From Eledone cirrhosa (Eukaryota): a stretch of 64,000 nucleotides of DNA. Made by a program: the position numbers and the translations under genes. A model generated the notes under the pieces. It saw nothing but the letters and a program-made list of their open reading frames with translations, did no database searches and had not been told where the DNA came from. The stretch lies in NCBI GenBank assembly GCA_964016885.1, contig OZ024744.1:48608001-48672000 (forward strand), in the 5' to 3' direction. This document shows, in pieces, positions 25,500 through 40,760 of the stretch; the stretch's first letter is position 1, and each line of letters opens with the position of its first letter.

Positions 25500-26045
25500 C
25501 TTAACTATGACAAAAAATAACTTGTTTAAAGTGTTTATATTTTTCTAAAAACGCTTTATTTATTTATCTATTTATCGATTTACCTAAATATCCATTCATC
25601 TGTCCATCTAGGTATGTCTGTCTGTCTGTCTGTCTTCTGTCTAACTGTCGGTCTGCCTGTCTGTTTATCTATGAGAGAGTCTGGACTCAACAGCAGATTC
25701 CAGACTTATATATATTACACTCTACTATCCCAAATATCAAATACTCTTGTGAATGTCTTACTAAAGAGATGCATGGGTAGATAGATAGACAGACTGCCAG
25801 ACAGACAGGCAGACAGACAGGCAGACAGACAGGCAGGCAGACAGACAGGCAGACAGACAGGCAGGCAGACAGACAGGCAGACAGACAGGCAGACAGATGA
25901 ATAATTGTTTTACTAGTTTAAAACTGCTATAATCCTGATCCATCCATCCACCCAACCATCCAACCAACCATCCGTCCATCCACCCAACCATCCATCTAAA
26001 CATCTATCTATCTATCTATCCACCCAACCATCCATCTAAACATCT

Positions 26046-27935
26046 TAGCGGCGGCAGGCTTCGGACCCGTTTTCAGGGGCTGGATCACTGCTATGCACAG
26101 CAGCCGCATCTGCTCTAGGGTCAAGGTGAACGGCTACCTCTCGGAGCCGTTCAAAATCGCGCGGTCCATCCGACAAGGGTGCCCTCTCTCCTCCCTTCTG
26201 TATGTGTTGACTCTCGAGCCACTACTGCGGAAGTTGGAGTTGTTGCAGGGCATCCCTTTGGAACCGGGATTGCGGAAAGCGGTGTCGGCCTACGCCGATG
26301 ACGTGACAGTAATGGTGTCGACGGCCTCCGAAATCGAGGCGGTCGGCACCTTACTGGAGGAGTACGAAAAGTTCACAGGGGCTAAGCTGAACCGGGACAA
26401 GTCGATCGGTTTGCAACTCGGCACGTGGAGGGGCAGACCGATGCCCTCCGATAGCGTCGTCGGACGCTGGACGGAGGGCCCGGTGAAGTTGCTCGGGGTC
26501 TGGTTCGGACCGGACCTCCAGGTGGAGAAAAACTGGGCGGAGGTTACGAACAGGGTGTTTGCACTGACCCAGAAGTGGGCCAGTTGCAAACTATCCCTGA
26601 AAGGTCGGGCGGAGGTGGCGAACACCTACATAGCGTCCGTCATCTACTACCGCCTGACCGTAGTGCCCTGCCCAAGGGAAACCCTCACCAAGATGGAGCG
26701 CGCGCTCTTCCAATTCCTTTGGAAGAGGCGGGCTCCTATGGTGAGGAGATCCATCTGCTGTCAACACCCTTCGAAAGGAGGGCTGGGGATGCCGTGGCTA
26801 ATGATGCGTAAACACGCATTAAGGCTACGGCACCTCTACGTATTCCTCACCGGACAACCGGTGTGGGCCTCGTTTGTGAGACGAACCTTTCCCAAACTCG
26901 TCTCACTCACCGAGCTGCAATCCTGGGTCAAGCAAAGACCGAGAAAACTGGGCGCCTGGCACACTGAGTGTGCCCAGGCGCTCACCGCCCTCTGGCAGGC
27001 GGATCCGGTTATCAGTGGAGACTCCACCGCAACATTCTATAGAGGGCTGGTACGCAGCAGGTGCGACGACGCCCTCGGAGAAGCCCTAGACATGGAGGAG
27101 GACGAACTGGCCAGCCTGTTCGGTAGGACATTCAGCCCGGGACCTATGGACAACTTCCAGAAGTCCCTGGCCTGGCAGTGCTACCGAGGGGCTTTACCCG
27201 TTCGAGAAAGGCTCTACAGACACGGGCGCCCGGGTAGGGACCCCGCCAAAAAGATCTGTCCCAGATGCGTGTGCGACGAGGAAACCGTTGCACACGCATT
27301 AGTACACTGCTCGGGCGTAGCCGATCTGTGGGGCTATGTCGAACAACTGCTGTCAAGGGTGGGACCGATCCGGTTGACCACCGAGTCTATTGTAATGATC
27401 AAGCCGCCTCCCCCCTTCAAAGATGAAGCAGAGGCGGTGTTTCTGTGCGTAATAGCCATGGCGAAAGAGGTTGTATGGTGGACGCGTCTGAAAGGACTGA
27501 GGTCGGGCACCTTTCTCTCTGGCCAACAACTGGTCCGTTTCTTCCGATATCATTTCGGAAGAAGGATCAGGATGGAGAGAGAGGTGCTGCACCCCAGCCG
27601 TTTCTATGAAAGATGGGTGAAAGTGGCGAGAATGGCCCGTGTGAATGGGCCTTCACTCTACATCAGACTATAGGTGAGGAAGATAAAAGACCAAGGGAGC
27701 ACCCCTTCTCTGTGCTCCTGAGGAGAAGGGTTGCACACTTTTTTCGGGGGTGTGTGCGACCCCCCAAGGCGCCTCCTCTCTATTGAGGATTTTGTTAAAA
27801 ATTTTATTTTTTGTTATATCTTATTTTATTTTTATATTTTGTTATTGCCTTCTCCTTATTGAGGACGCCTTTTTGTGTAAACTCCCCCCTTTGTACTTGT
27901 CCCACTTTTGATGCCCTAGTGGCAAATAAAAGAAA
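26046..27935 (+). mobile_element. Tx1-like retrotransposon, lineage 3: 5'-truncated copy (RT 3' half and 3' UTR)
   Basis: Matches 32616-34505 with about six substitutions counted by eye. Open frame 26093-27673 contains YADD. Confidence 0.96.
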
Positions 27936-28999
27936 TATATCTATCTATCCATCTATCCACCCACCCACCCATCCATCCATCCATCCACCCAACCATCCAT
28001 CTAAACATCTATCTATCTATCTATCCATCTATCCACCCACCCACCCATCCATCCATCCATCCATCCATCCACCCAACCATCCATCTAAACATCTATCTAT
28101 CCATCTATCCATCTATCCACCCACCCATCCATCCATCCATCCATCCACCCAACCATCCATCTAAACATCTATCTATCCATCTATCCACCCACCCATCCAT
28201 CCATCCATCCATCCATCCATCCACCCAACCATCCATCTAAACATCTATCTATCTATCTATCCATCTATCCACCCACCCATCCAGCCAGCCATCCATCCAT
28301 CCATCCATCCACCCAACCATCCATCTAAACATCTATCTATCTATCTATCCATCTATCCACCCACCCATCCAGCCAGCCATCCATCCATCCATCCACCCAA
28401 CCATCCATCTAAACATCTATCTATCTATCTATCCATCTATCCACCCACCCATCCAGCCAGCCATCCATCCATCCATCCATCCATCCACCCAACCATCCAT
28501 CTAAACATCTATCTATCTATCCATCCATCTATCCACCCACCCATCCAGCCAGCCATCCATCCATCCATCCATCCACCCAACCATCCATCTAAACATCTAT
28601 CTATCCATCTATCCATCTATCCACCCACCCATCCATCCATCCATCCACCCAACCATCCATCTAAACATCTATCTATCTATCTATCCATCTATCCACCCAC
28701 CCATCCAGCCAGCCATCCATCCATCCATCCATCCACCCAACCATCCATCTAAACATCTATCTATCTATCTATCCATCTATCTATCTATCTCTGGGATGGA
28801 CACACGCGTATAACTTGCTGAGTAAGTTCTGTTTAAATTTCTATAGAAATTCTTGTCTGATAACTTTAATTTTTGTACCATTTTGTAGAGGGACTGCCAG
28901 GTCAAACTTTGATCTGGTCAGTCTCTCAAAATATTCTACGCCTTTAGGCGAAATAGTTAAAAAAAGTTTTTTCTTGTTGAAAAGTCAATATTTTTTTAA

Positions 29000-30781
29000 A
29001 TGGCCGAAGCTTCTTCACCAAAATTCGAAGGAGGAAAGGGGAAGATGAACTTACAGCTTCCCCCTGCCACTGTCACAGTAGCAGAGGTCAAGAAGATAGG
29101 TCAGCCAGAGGAAGAATTCTCTCCACCTGTTAACCGACAACTTGACGTTACCATGGCAACAACCCAAAGAACCAACAGCAACAACAACAACAATGCGACG
29201 GTAGAAAACAACACCAATAACAATAACAATAACAACAACAAGACCAATAACGGTGACAACAACAACAATGATAACAACAACACCACCAACGACAACAACA
29301 ACACAAACAAACAAAATTTCTCCTTCGCCGAGACGACAAGGAAAACCCTCGACTAACTGCCAGTAGATATAACAAAAGCGAAGGAGCTACTGGCGGATGC
29401 GAAAAAATATATAGTGTACGGGGAAAATGGTTCATTCACAATCCATTCCCCCCCGGAACTAAAAAGCCAGAGACTCCTAAACACGGTCATGTTTAGGACA
29501 ATCTCGAACAAAAGTAAAAAACCAGCTCAACCATCACAGAGCGAGATAGAGCTGGTTTTAAAAGACGTCATGAAGGACATCACCTTCATTCAGAAGGATA
29601 GACTCTACGGGAGTCTATCCATTCTCATGAAGGACAGGGACACAGCAGTGAAACTGTCCATCAAACCAATCACATCCACCGCATACACCTTCTACCCTAC
29701 GTACATGGGTAGAAGAACACAAAAAATAAAAATCCACACCATCCTGCCGATTATGGACATATGGTGGGTTTTGACAGGTTTTCTGGACCTGGAGGATGAC
29801 ATGCTGGTGTCCATGGGAAAGGCATCGGGTGACGCGTTCAGTGGAACGAGCCTCGAACTTGTAGTTCAAATGAGGCCCGAAAGGATCGCCCAGATCCCTG
29901 AACGCGTCATACTGGATGATCTAACCTTCATCAACATTACCGTTGAGGGTAGACGGCCCTCGTGTTACCTCTGCGGAACCAGAGGTCACCTGAGGGCTGT
30001 CTGTCCCCAACTTAATAAGAAAACCCCAATCCTGCCTACACCACCAACAACTGCACAACCAACACAATCACCACAACAACCACTACAAAAACAACCACCA
30101 CAGCTCAAACCAAAACAAAACAATGTCCAACCCATCCCCTCCACTCAAAAAACAAAAACAATTTCCAAAACACCCGTACCGCAAACACAACCCGAAAATA
30201 TACCCCTCCCCTCCAACGCGGAAGATGACCCTAGTTCGTCGTCAGACGAGGAGGAGCACTTCCACACAATCAAAAGAAAAAAAAGAAAACACACCTCAGA
30301 CACACAAATGAAAAAAACCCCTCCCCAAAACATAACACTGACACCAACACAAAAGAGCTCACAACAGCAAACAAAAAACACCACACAAAAACAAAAACAT
30401 GCATACACATACATAAATACAAGAAACAAAAAACTGTTAAACATTGTGTACAACAACAATCTAATAAAAACACAAGGGCCTAACTTCACCCAGGCAGGGG
30501 ATTTCCCCCACCTCAAAATGATTAAGGCCCCACAGGACACCTATAAAACTTTAAAAAACAATTTTAAAGAGGACGTGGGTCCCCCCTGCGTCGGGCCCAT
30601 TAACCGAGTCCTCCTAAAAAACTATCCCACCCCCTCCCCAAACACCCTCACAACTCCAAGCTCCCCAACCACACAACACACTGATGCCCCCACACTTCCA
30701 CAAACCACCACCCCACCCAACAACCCATCCCCCACCCTAATGGAAATTGTGCAGCCCGATACCCGGGACGCAGAGAGGTAA
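29000..30781 (+). CDS. Tx1-like ORF1 (gag-like nucleic-acid-binding protein), interrupted by one in-frame TAA at 29354-29356
   Basis: ORFs 29000-29356 and 29414-30781 are in the same frame. Features are a poly-Asn tract, a CYLCGTRGHLRAVC zinc knuckle, a P/Q/T-rich tail and an NLS-like KRKKRKH. Homologous to the decayed ORF1 at 3172-5146(-). Confidence 0.85.
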
Positions 30782-30805
30782 GTGCCTTTTCTCTTCACCA
30801 CCAAC

Positions 30806-33800
30806 ATGGCTATGCTAAGAGTAGGCTGTTTAAATGCGCGTGGCCTGGGCTCAACTTGGAAGCAAGCAATGCTTCTAAATGACCTCAGGTCACAACGTAT
30901 AGATGTGATGGTTATTTGCGAGGCCCGGATCAGCAACGTGCGACAGCTGGCCCCCACCTTTGATGACTTTGAGATGCACGCATCTCTCTGTCAGCCTGGA
31001 GGTGGGGGTGGAGTTGTCGTTCTGCTGCAAAAACATCTGGGTCTCGCAACACAGATGGTACATTTGGACCCGGAGGGTCGACTAGTGGTTCTGGACCTTG
31101 GCAGTGGTAAAGGCGGAGCGTTTAGGTTGGTAGCCGCCTACGGCCCTTTCGGGTCAATGCGGCCGGACTTCTTCCATCGTCTGGAGACTTTTCTAGGGAC
31201 GTCCCGCTCCTTGCTATTAGTGGGGGACTGGAATGGTATCCTAGATGCACGTTGGGACTACGTAGGGGCCTGCCCCGATAGAGAGGGGTGTAATAGCCTC
31301 AAAGGGTTAATCGGTCGATTTGACCTGGCCGATAGATATCGACTAGATTTTCCGACTGCGCCAACCTGGACTTGGGCAAATCGTAGCGGATCATCTAGGT
31401 CGTACCTAGATAGGTTCTTAGTTAGAATTAAGGATAAGGAATTTTTAAGTTGTCCAAAAATGCGCATTGTTGGCTATTCAGACCACAAATTAGTGACCTG
31501 CATGGTCAACCTTGACAGAACTCATAGACAGGGCCCCGGTTACTGGAAGCTCAACTTGTCCTTGCCGGCAAGTAGAGCCTACAGGAATCGGATTAGTACG
31601 TTAGTTAAGGAACGGTTGACTGGAGCGATCGTCAACAGCAGGTGGTGGGTATCTCTAAAGAGAGAGATTAGAGTAGTCTCGATAGAATTTAGTAAGGTTC
31701 TAGCTGCGGATAGGAATAGGAAGGAAAGGGAGCTAATAGATAGAGTAGAAGAGGCAATTAGAAGCGGCGACGTGGCCAGAGTGCTAGCGTCGAGAACGGC
31801 TTTGAGCCAGTTTTTCGACGCGAAGCACGAAGGCTGCGTTGTCCGAAGTAAAATACGTGCTCTAGGGAACGAGGGGACCAAAGCTGTTAGCTGGGCCCGC
31901 GTGACAGAGGCCAACAGTGGAACTAAATCCACCATCCGGTCTTTGCGAGACCTGGATGGACGGGCGATTCTTGAGCCTAAGCAGATGTGTGAGGCCTTTC
32001 AAAGGCACTTTGCCCGACTGTTCGGGAGGGGCGGGGAGCCGGTTGGGAACGTGGACTTCGGTCCATACCTCGACGGCCTGCCGCGCCTCTCGGACAGGGA
32101 GGCGAAGTCCTGCGAGGAGCCGATTTCGGCCGCTGAGATAGAGGACGTGCTGAGCCAATGCGGCAAACGCAAATCCCCGGGTCTCGATGGTCTTCCTTAC
32201 GAATTATATCTAGCTATGCCGGACTTGTTCCCCGATCTCCTCGAGGCGGTCTACTGCAACTGGCAACAGAACGGGAGAATTCCCTGTACTGTGACCAAGG
32301 GCGTAGTCACGCTAGCGAGGAAGGACGAGAACAAGGGGGACGAAATAAGTAACTTCAGGCCCATAACACTGCTAAATACAGAGTTACAGATTTTGGCCAA
32401 GGTGCTAGCAAAGAGGTTGGCGCTTGTCGTGGGCAACCTGGTGGGAGATGCGCAGACATGCGCTATCCCGTCCAGGTCCATCCATGACAACCTCCACCTC
32501 ATGCGATACATCATAGAGAGGGTTGGGAACGAACCCGGCTTTGGTGGGGCTCTGATCAACTTGGATCAATCTAAGGCGTTCGATAGGGTCGACCATGGTT
32601 ACCTGGATGCGGTGCTAGCGGCGGCAGGCTTCGGACCCGTTTTCAGGGGCTGGATCACTGCTATGCACAGCAGCCGCATCTGCTCTAGGGTCAAGGTGAA
32701 CGGCTACCTCTCGGAGCCGTTCAAAATCGCGCGGTCCATCCGACAAGGGTGCCCTCTCTCCTCCCTTCTGTATGTATTGACTCTCGAGCCACTACTGCGG
32801 AAGTTGGAGTTGTTGCAGGGCATCCCTTTGGAACCGGGATTGCGGAAAGCGGTGTCGGCCTACGCCGATGACGTGACAGTAATGGTGTCGACGGCCTCCG
32901 AAATCGAGGCGGTCGGCACCTTACTGGAGGAGTACGAAAAGTTCACAGGGGCTAAGCTGAACCGGGACAAGTCGATCGGTTTGCAACTCGGCACGTGGAG
33001 GGGCAGACCGATGCCCTCCGATAGCGTCGTCGGACGCTGGACGGAGGGCCCGGTGAAGTTGCTCGGGGTCTGGTTCGGACCGGACCTCCAGGTGGAGAAA
33101 AACTGGGCGGAGGTTACGAACAGAGTGTTTGCACTGACCCAGAAGTGGGCCAGTTGCAAACTATCCCTGAAAGGTCGGGCGGAGGTGGCGAACACCTACA
33201 TAGCGTCCGTCATCTACTACCGCCTGACCGTAGTGCCCTGCCCAAGGGAAACCCTCACCAAGATGGAGCGCGCGCTCTTCCAATTCCTTTGGAAGAGGCG
33301 GGCTCCTATGGTGAGGAGATCCATCTGCTGTCAACACCCTTCGAAAGGAGGGCTGGGGATGCCGTGGCTAATGATGCGTAAACACGCATTAAGGCTACGG
33401 CACCTCTACGTATTCCTCACCGGACAACCGGTGTGGGCCTCGTTTGTGAGACGAACCTTTCCCAGACTCGTCTCACTCACCGAGCTGCAATCCTGGGTCA
33501 AGCAAAGACCGAGAAAACTGGGCGCCTGGCACACTGAGTGTGCCCAGGCGCTCACCGCCCTCTGGCAGGCGGATCCGGTTATCAGTGGAGACTCCACCGC
33601 AACATTCTATAGAGGGCTGGTACGCAGCAGGTGCGACGACGCCCTCGGAGAAGCCCTAGACATGGAGGAGGACGAACTGGCCAGCCTTTTCGGTAGGACA
33701 TTTAGCCCGGGACCTATGGACAACTTCCAGAAGTCCCTGGCCTGGCAGTGCTACCGAGGGGCTTTACCCGTTCGAGAAAGGCTCTACAGACACGGGCGCC

Positions 33801-34243
33801 CGGGTAGGGACCCCGCCAAAAAGATCTGTCCCAGATGCGTGTGCGACGAGGAAACCGTTGCACACGCATTAGTACACTGCTCGGGCGTAGCCGATCTGTG
33901 GGGCTATGTCGAACAACTGCTGTCAAGGGTGGGACCGATCCGGTTGACCACCGAGTCTATTGTAATGATCAAGCCGCCTCCCCCCTTCAAAGATGAAGCA
34001 GAGGCGGTGTTTCTGTGCGTAATAGCCATGGCGAAAGAGGTTGTATGGTGGACGCGTCTGAAAGGACTGAGGTCGGGCACCTTTCTCTCTGGCCAACAAC
34101 TGGTCCGTTTCTTCCGATATCATTTCGGAAGAAGGATCAGGATGGAGAGAGAGGTGCTGCACCCCAGCCGTTTCTATGAAAGATGGGTGAAAGTGGCGAG
34201 AATGGCCCGTGTGAATGGGCCTTCACTCTACATCAGACTATAG
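30806..34243 (+). CDS. Tx1-like ORF2: APE endonuclease, reverse transcriptase and C-terminal zinc-binding motif
   Basis: ATG in CCAACATGG context. Endonuclease motifs LNARGL, GDWN, YLDR, SDH. RT motifs KSPGLDG, FRPITLLN, LDQSKAFDRV, RQGCPLS, YADD. C-terminal CPRC..ETVAHALVHC. 1145 uninterrupted codons. Confidence 0.97.
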   Translation: MAMLRVGCLNARGLGSTWKQAMLLNDLRSQRIDVMVICEARISNVRQLAPTFDDFEMHASLCQPGGGGGVVVLLQKHLGLATQMVHLDPEGRLVVLDLGSGKGGAFRLVAAYGPFGSMRPDFFHRLETFLGTSRSLLLVGDWNGILDARWDYVGACPDREGCNSLKGLIGRFDLADRYRLDFPTAPTWTWANRSGSSRSYLDRFLVRIKDKEFLSCPKMRIVGYSDHKLVTCMVNLDRTHRQGPGYWKLNLSLPASRAYRNRISTLVKERLTGAIVNSRWWVSLKREIRVVSIEFSKVLAADRNRKERELIDRVEEAIRSGDVARVLASRTALSQFFDAKHEGCVVRSKIRALGNEGTKAVSWARVTEANSGTKSTIRSLRDLDGRAILEPKQMCEAFQRHFARLFGRGGEPVGNVDFGPYLDGLPRLSDREAKSCEEPISAAEIEDVLSQCGKRKSPGLDGLPYELYLAMPDLFPDLLEAVYCNWQQNGRIPCTVTKGVVTLARKDENKGDEISNFRPITLLNTELQILAKVLAKRLALVVGNLVGDAQTCAIPSRSIHDNLHLMRYIIERVGNEPGFGGALINLDQSKAFDRVDHGYLDAVLAAAGFGPVFRGWITAMHSSRICSRVKVNGYLSEPFKIARSIRQGCPLSSLLYVLTLEPLLRKLELLQGIPLEPGLRKAVSAYADDVTVMVSTASEIEAVGTLLEEYEKFTGAKLNRDKSIGLQLGTWRGRPMPSDSVVGRWTEGPVKLLGVWFGPDLQVEKNWAEVTNRVFALTQKWASCKLSLKGRAEVANTYIASVIYYRLTVVPCPRETLTKMERALFQFLWKRRAPMVRRSICCQHPSKGGLGMPWLMMRKHALRLRHLYVFLTGQPVWASFVRRTFPRLVSLTELQSWVKQRPRKLGAWHTECAQALTALWQADPVISGDSTATFYRGLVRSRCDDALGEALDMEEDELASLFGRTFSPGPMDNFQKSLAWQCYRGALPVRERLYRHGRPGRDPAKKICPRCVCDEETVAHALVHCSGVADLWGYVEQLLSRVGPIRLTTESIVMIKPPPPFKDEAEAVFLCVIAMAKEVVWWTRLKGLRSGTFLSGQQLVRFFRYHFGRRIRMEREVLHPSRFYERWVKVARMARVNGPSLYIRL

Positions 34244-35131
34244 GTGAGGAAGATGAAAGACCAAGGGAGCACCCCTTCTCTGTGCTCCTGAGGAGAAGGG
34301 TTGCACACTTTTTTCGGGGGTGTGTGCGACCCCCCAAGGCGCCTCCTCTCTATTGAGGATTTTGTTAAAAATTTTATTTTTTGTTATATCTTATTTTATT
34401 TTTATATTTTGTTATTGCCTTCTCCTTATTGAGGACGCCTTTTTGTGTAAACTCCCCCCTTTGTACTTGTCCCACTTTTGATGCCCTAGTGGCAAATAAA
34501 AGAAATATATCTATCCATCTATCCACCCACCCATCCAGCCAGCCATCCATCCATCCATCCACCCAACCATCCATCTAAACATCTATCTATCTATCTATCC
34601 ATCTATCCACCCACCCACCCATCCATCCATCCAACCATCCATCCATCCACCCAACCATCCATCTAAACATCTATCTATCTATCTATCCATCTATCCACCC
34701 ACCCATCCAGCCAGCCATCCATCCATCCATCCACCCAACCATCCATCTAAACATCTATCTATCTATCTATCCATCTATCCACCCACCCATCCAGCCAGCC
34801 ATCCATCCATCCATCCATCCACCCAACCATCCATCTAAACATCTATCTATCTATCCATCCATCTATCCACCCACCCATCCAGCCAGCCATCCATCCATCC
34901 ATCCATCCACCCAACCATCCATCTAAACATCTATCTATCTATCTATCCATCTATCTATGTATCCATCTATCTAAACATCCATCTATCCTCTCCAACCAGA
35001 AAAGACCCACCTCTCAACAAATTAATGGCCCACTTAAACCCAAGTTTACTAACAAGGACCAAGTAGTTTATTTTATTTTAAGTTTGTTTTCATCTTAAAA
35101 GCGGTTATGGTGGTATTTTTACCACATCTGT

Positions 35132-38720
<3,589 letters not shown>

Positions 38721-39292
38721 TACAAGCACACATGAAGACATACAGACACACATACCTACACACGTACATACTCACATGAATAAATACATACACATACATG
38801 CACATTTACAGACGCACACATATATATAGTATATACTTACAGACACAGACACACAGAAGACATTAACCCATTCTAAACCAGTAAAAGGACTTTATGTCTA
38901 GAATCTCATGCAAATATTTATTCCAATGATTTACCTCTCATAAAAATTCTCTTAATTTGTGGCTTTAAACAGCTATTTCTTAGAACACTAAGGCATTTAT
39001 ATAGATATATACACACACAGTCAAACAGTCACACACGTGGACACACACATGCACATGCACACACACACACGCAGACACTATCATATTTATATATGTGCGT
39101 GTGTGTATGTATGTGTGTATAAATATATATTGACACTTATACCTACATACATATAGATACATATACATACATCTATACATACACATACATTTATATATCC
39201 TGGTTTTATTTACCCTCAGAGCATAGCACCTATCATAAATACTTTTTATATGAGGCCATATATTCTGTGTATGTGTGTGTTCATATACATAC

Positions 39293-39612
39293 ATCATCAT
39301 CATTTTACACCCGCTTTTTCCTGCTTGCAAGGGTGGGACGGGATCTGATTCTACAGCTGGATGCCCTTCCTAACACCAACCTCATTTACAGTGAGTGCTG
39401 GGTGCTTTTTTTGCCGTGGCACCTCCACCCCCACTTTGCAGTGGAATGATAGGGACCCCAGTCCTATCATCTCATTTCTACAGCTGAGTAAATTGGAGCA
39501 ATGTGAAATAAAGTGTCTTGCTCAAGGAAACAACACATCACCCGGTCTGAGAATTGAACTCACAACCTTTCGATTGCAAGGCCAATGCTCTAACCACTAA
39601 GCCATGTGCCTC
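39293..39612 (-). mobile_element. SINE family B with RTE tail
   Basis: Same structure as 19566-19897. Confidence 0.85.
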
Positions 39613-39780
39613 TATGCAAATGTATATATATATATATGTGTTAGGAAGGGCATCCAGCTGTAGAAAACCCGCCAGACAGTCCTATGCGAGCAAGATAAAT
39701 CACTCTTGCCTCAAGTGGGAAAACCCCCGTCCAAACCCATGCAAGCGTGGAACACGGACGTTAAACGTTGATGATGATGA

Positions 39781-39821
<41 letters not shown>

Positions 39822-39834
39822 GACATATCTATAT

Positions 39835-39868
<34 letters not shown>

Positions 39869-40385
39869 AACATATATGTGTGTGTGTGTGCGAGTGTGTG
39901 TGTATCATCATCATCACCATTTAACATCCATTTTTCCACACTACCATGAGTTAAAGGAGTTGTCCCATTGTGAGACAAATCAAATCACCCACCCAGAACA
40001 GTTTCTGGCTTGGTTTCTATGGTTTGATGCCCTTCCTAACGCCAACCTTTATAATTTGTCCTAGATGCTTTTTGTTGTGGGGCCCACACAACCCCTTAAC
40101 AGTGAGGACTCAGTGGTGGAGGATTTATGTGGTGAAAGGTTAGCCGTTAGGACATGGGAGGTGTATGGAAGGGGGAAGGAGGGAGCGACGGGATGGTGGT
40201 ACATACTAGATGTATACTTCACTCCGACCCCATATACATGTGTATATATATACATGCATATATATATATATATATATAGTGCAAATTTATACGGGAACAA
40301 AACAGAGAAGCAGACAAATAAAGGTTTATCAGGTTCATGCTTTTGAGAGTGGGCGGGGGGGGGGTGTATATATATATATATATAT

Positions 40386-40760
40386 ATCATCATCCTCATC
40401 GTTTAACGTCCACCTTCCACGCTAGCATGGGTCTGGACGGGAATTGTCCCACTTGAGGCAAGATTGGTTGTCTTGCTCGTATAGGACTGTCTGGCGGGTT
40501 TTCTACGGCTGGATGCCCTTCCTAACACCAACCACGTTTACAGTGTGGGGCTGGGAGGTTTTTACCGTGTTACCAACATGGCCACATTACAGCGTGGACT
40601 GTGTGTTTTATTGTCGTGACACCTACACGTCTGGCGGGTTTTCTACGGCTGGGTGCCCTTCCCAACACCAACCATGTTTACAGTGTGTACTGGGAGGTTT
40701 TTACCGTGTTACCTACACGGCCACATTACAGCGTGGACTGTGTGTTTTTTTGTCATTTGT
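40386..40760 (-). mobile_element. RTE LINE 3' UTR fragment with internal tandem duplication
   Basis: Reverse complement of 60080-60333, including GGATGCCCTTCCTAACACCAACC and a (CAT)n end. Confidence 0.8.

Larger units (their letters stand above)
28793..34505 (+). mobile_element. Full-length Tx1-like (L1 clade) non-LTR retrotransposon, lineage 3
   Basis: 5' UTR, ORF1 with a CCHC knuckle, intact ORF2 (APE, RT, zinc motif), and a 3' UTR ending AATAAAAGAAA. Flanked by (ATCT)n on both sides. Confidence 0.96.
25936..34990. repeat. Compound tetranucleotide satellite (ATCC/ATCT/ACCC/AGCC; higher-order unit ~72-92 bp anchored by CTAAAC), split into three blocks by two Tx1 insertions
   Basis: Blocks at 25936-26045, 27936-28792 and 34506-34990 share the unit CCATCCATCTAAAC(ATCT)nATCCATCTATCCACCCACCC. 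Confidence 0.92.

Noticed and set aside
27936-28792. CRISPR-like regularly spaced repeats
   Set aside because: The spacers are themselves tetranucleotide repeats and not unique. The context is eukaryotic and there are no cas genes.
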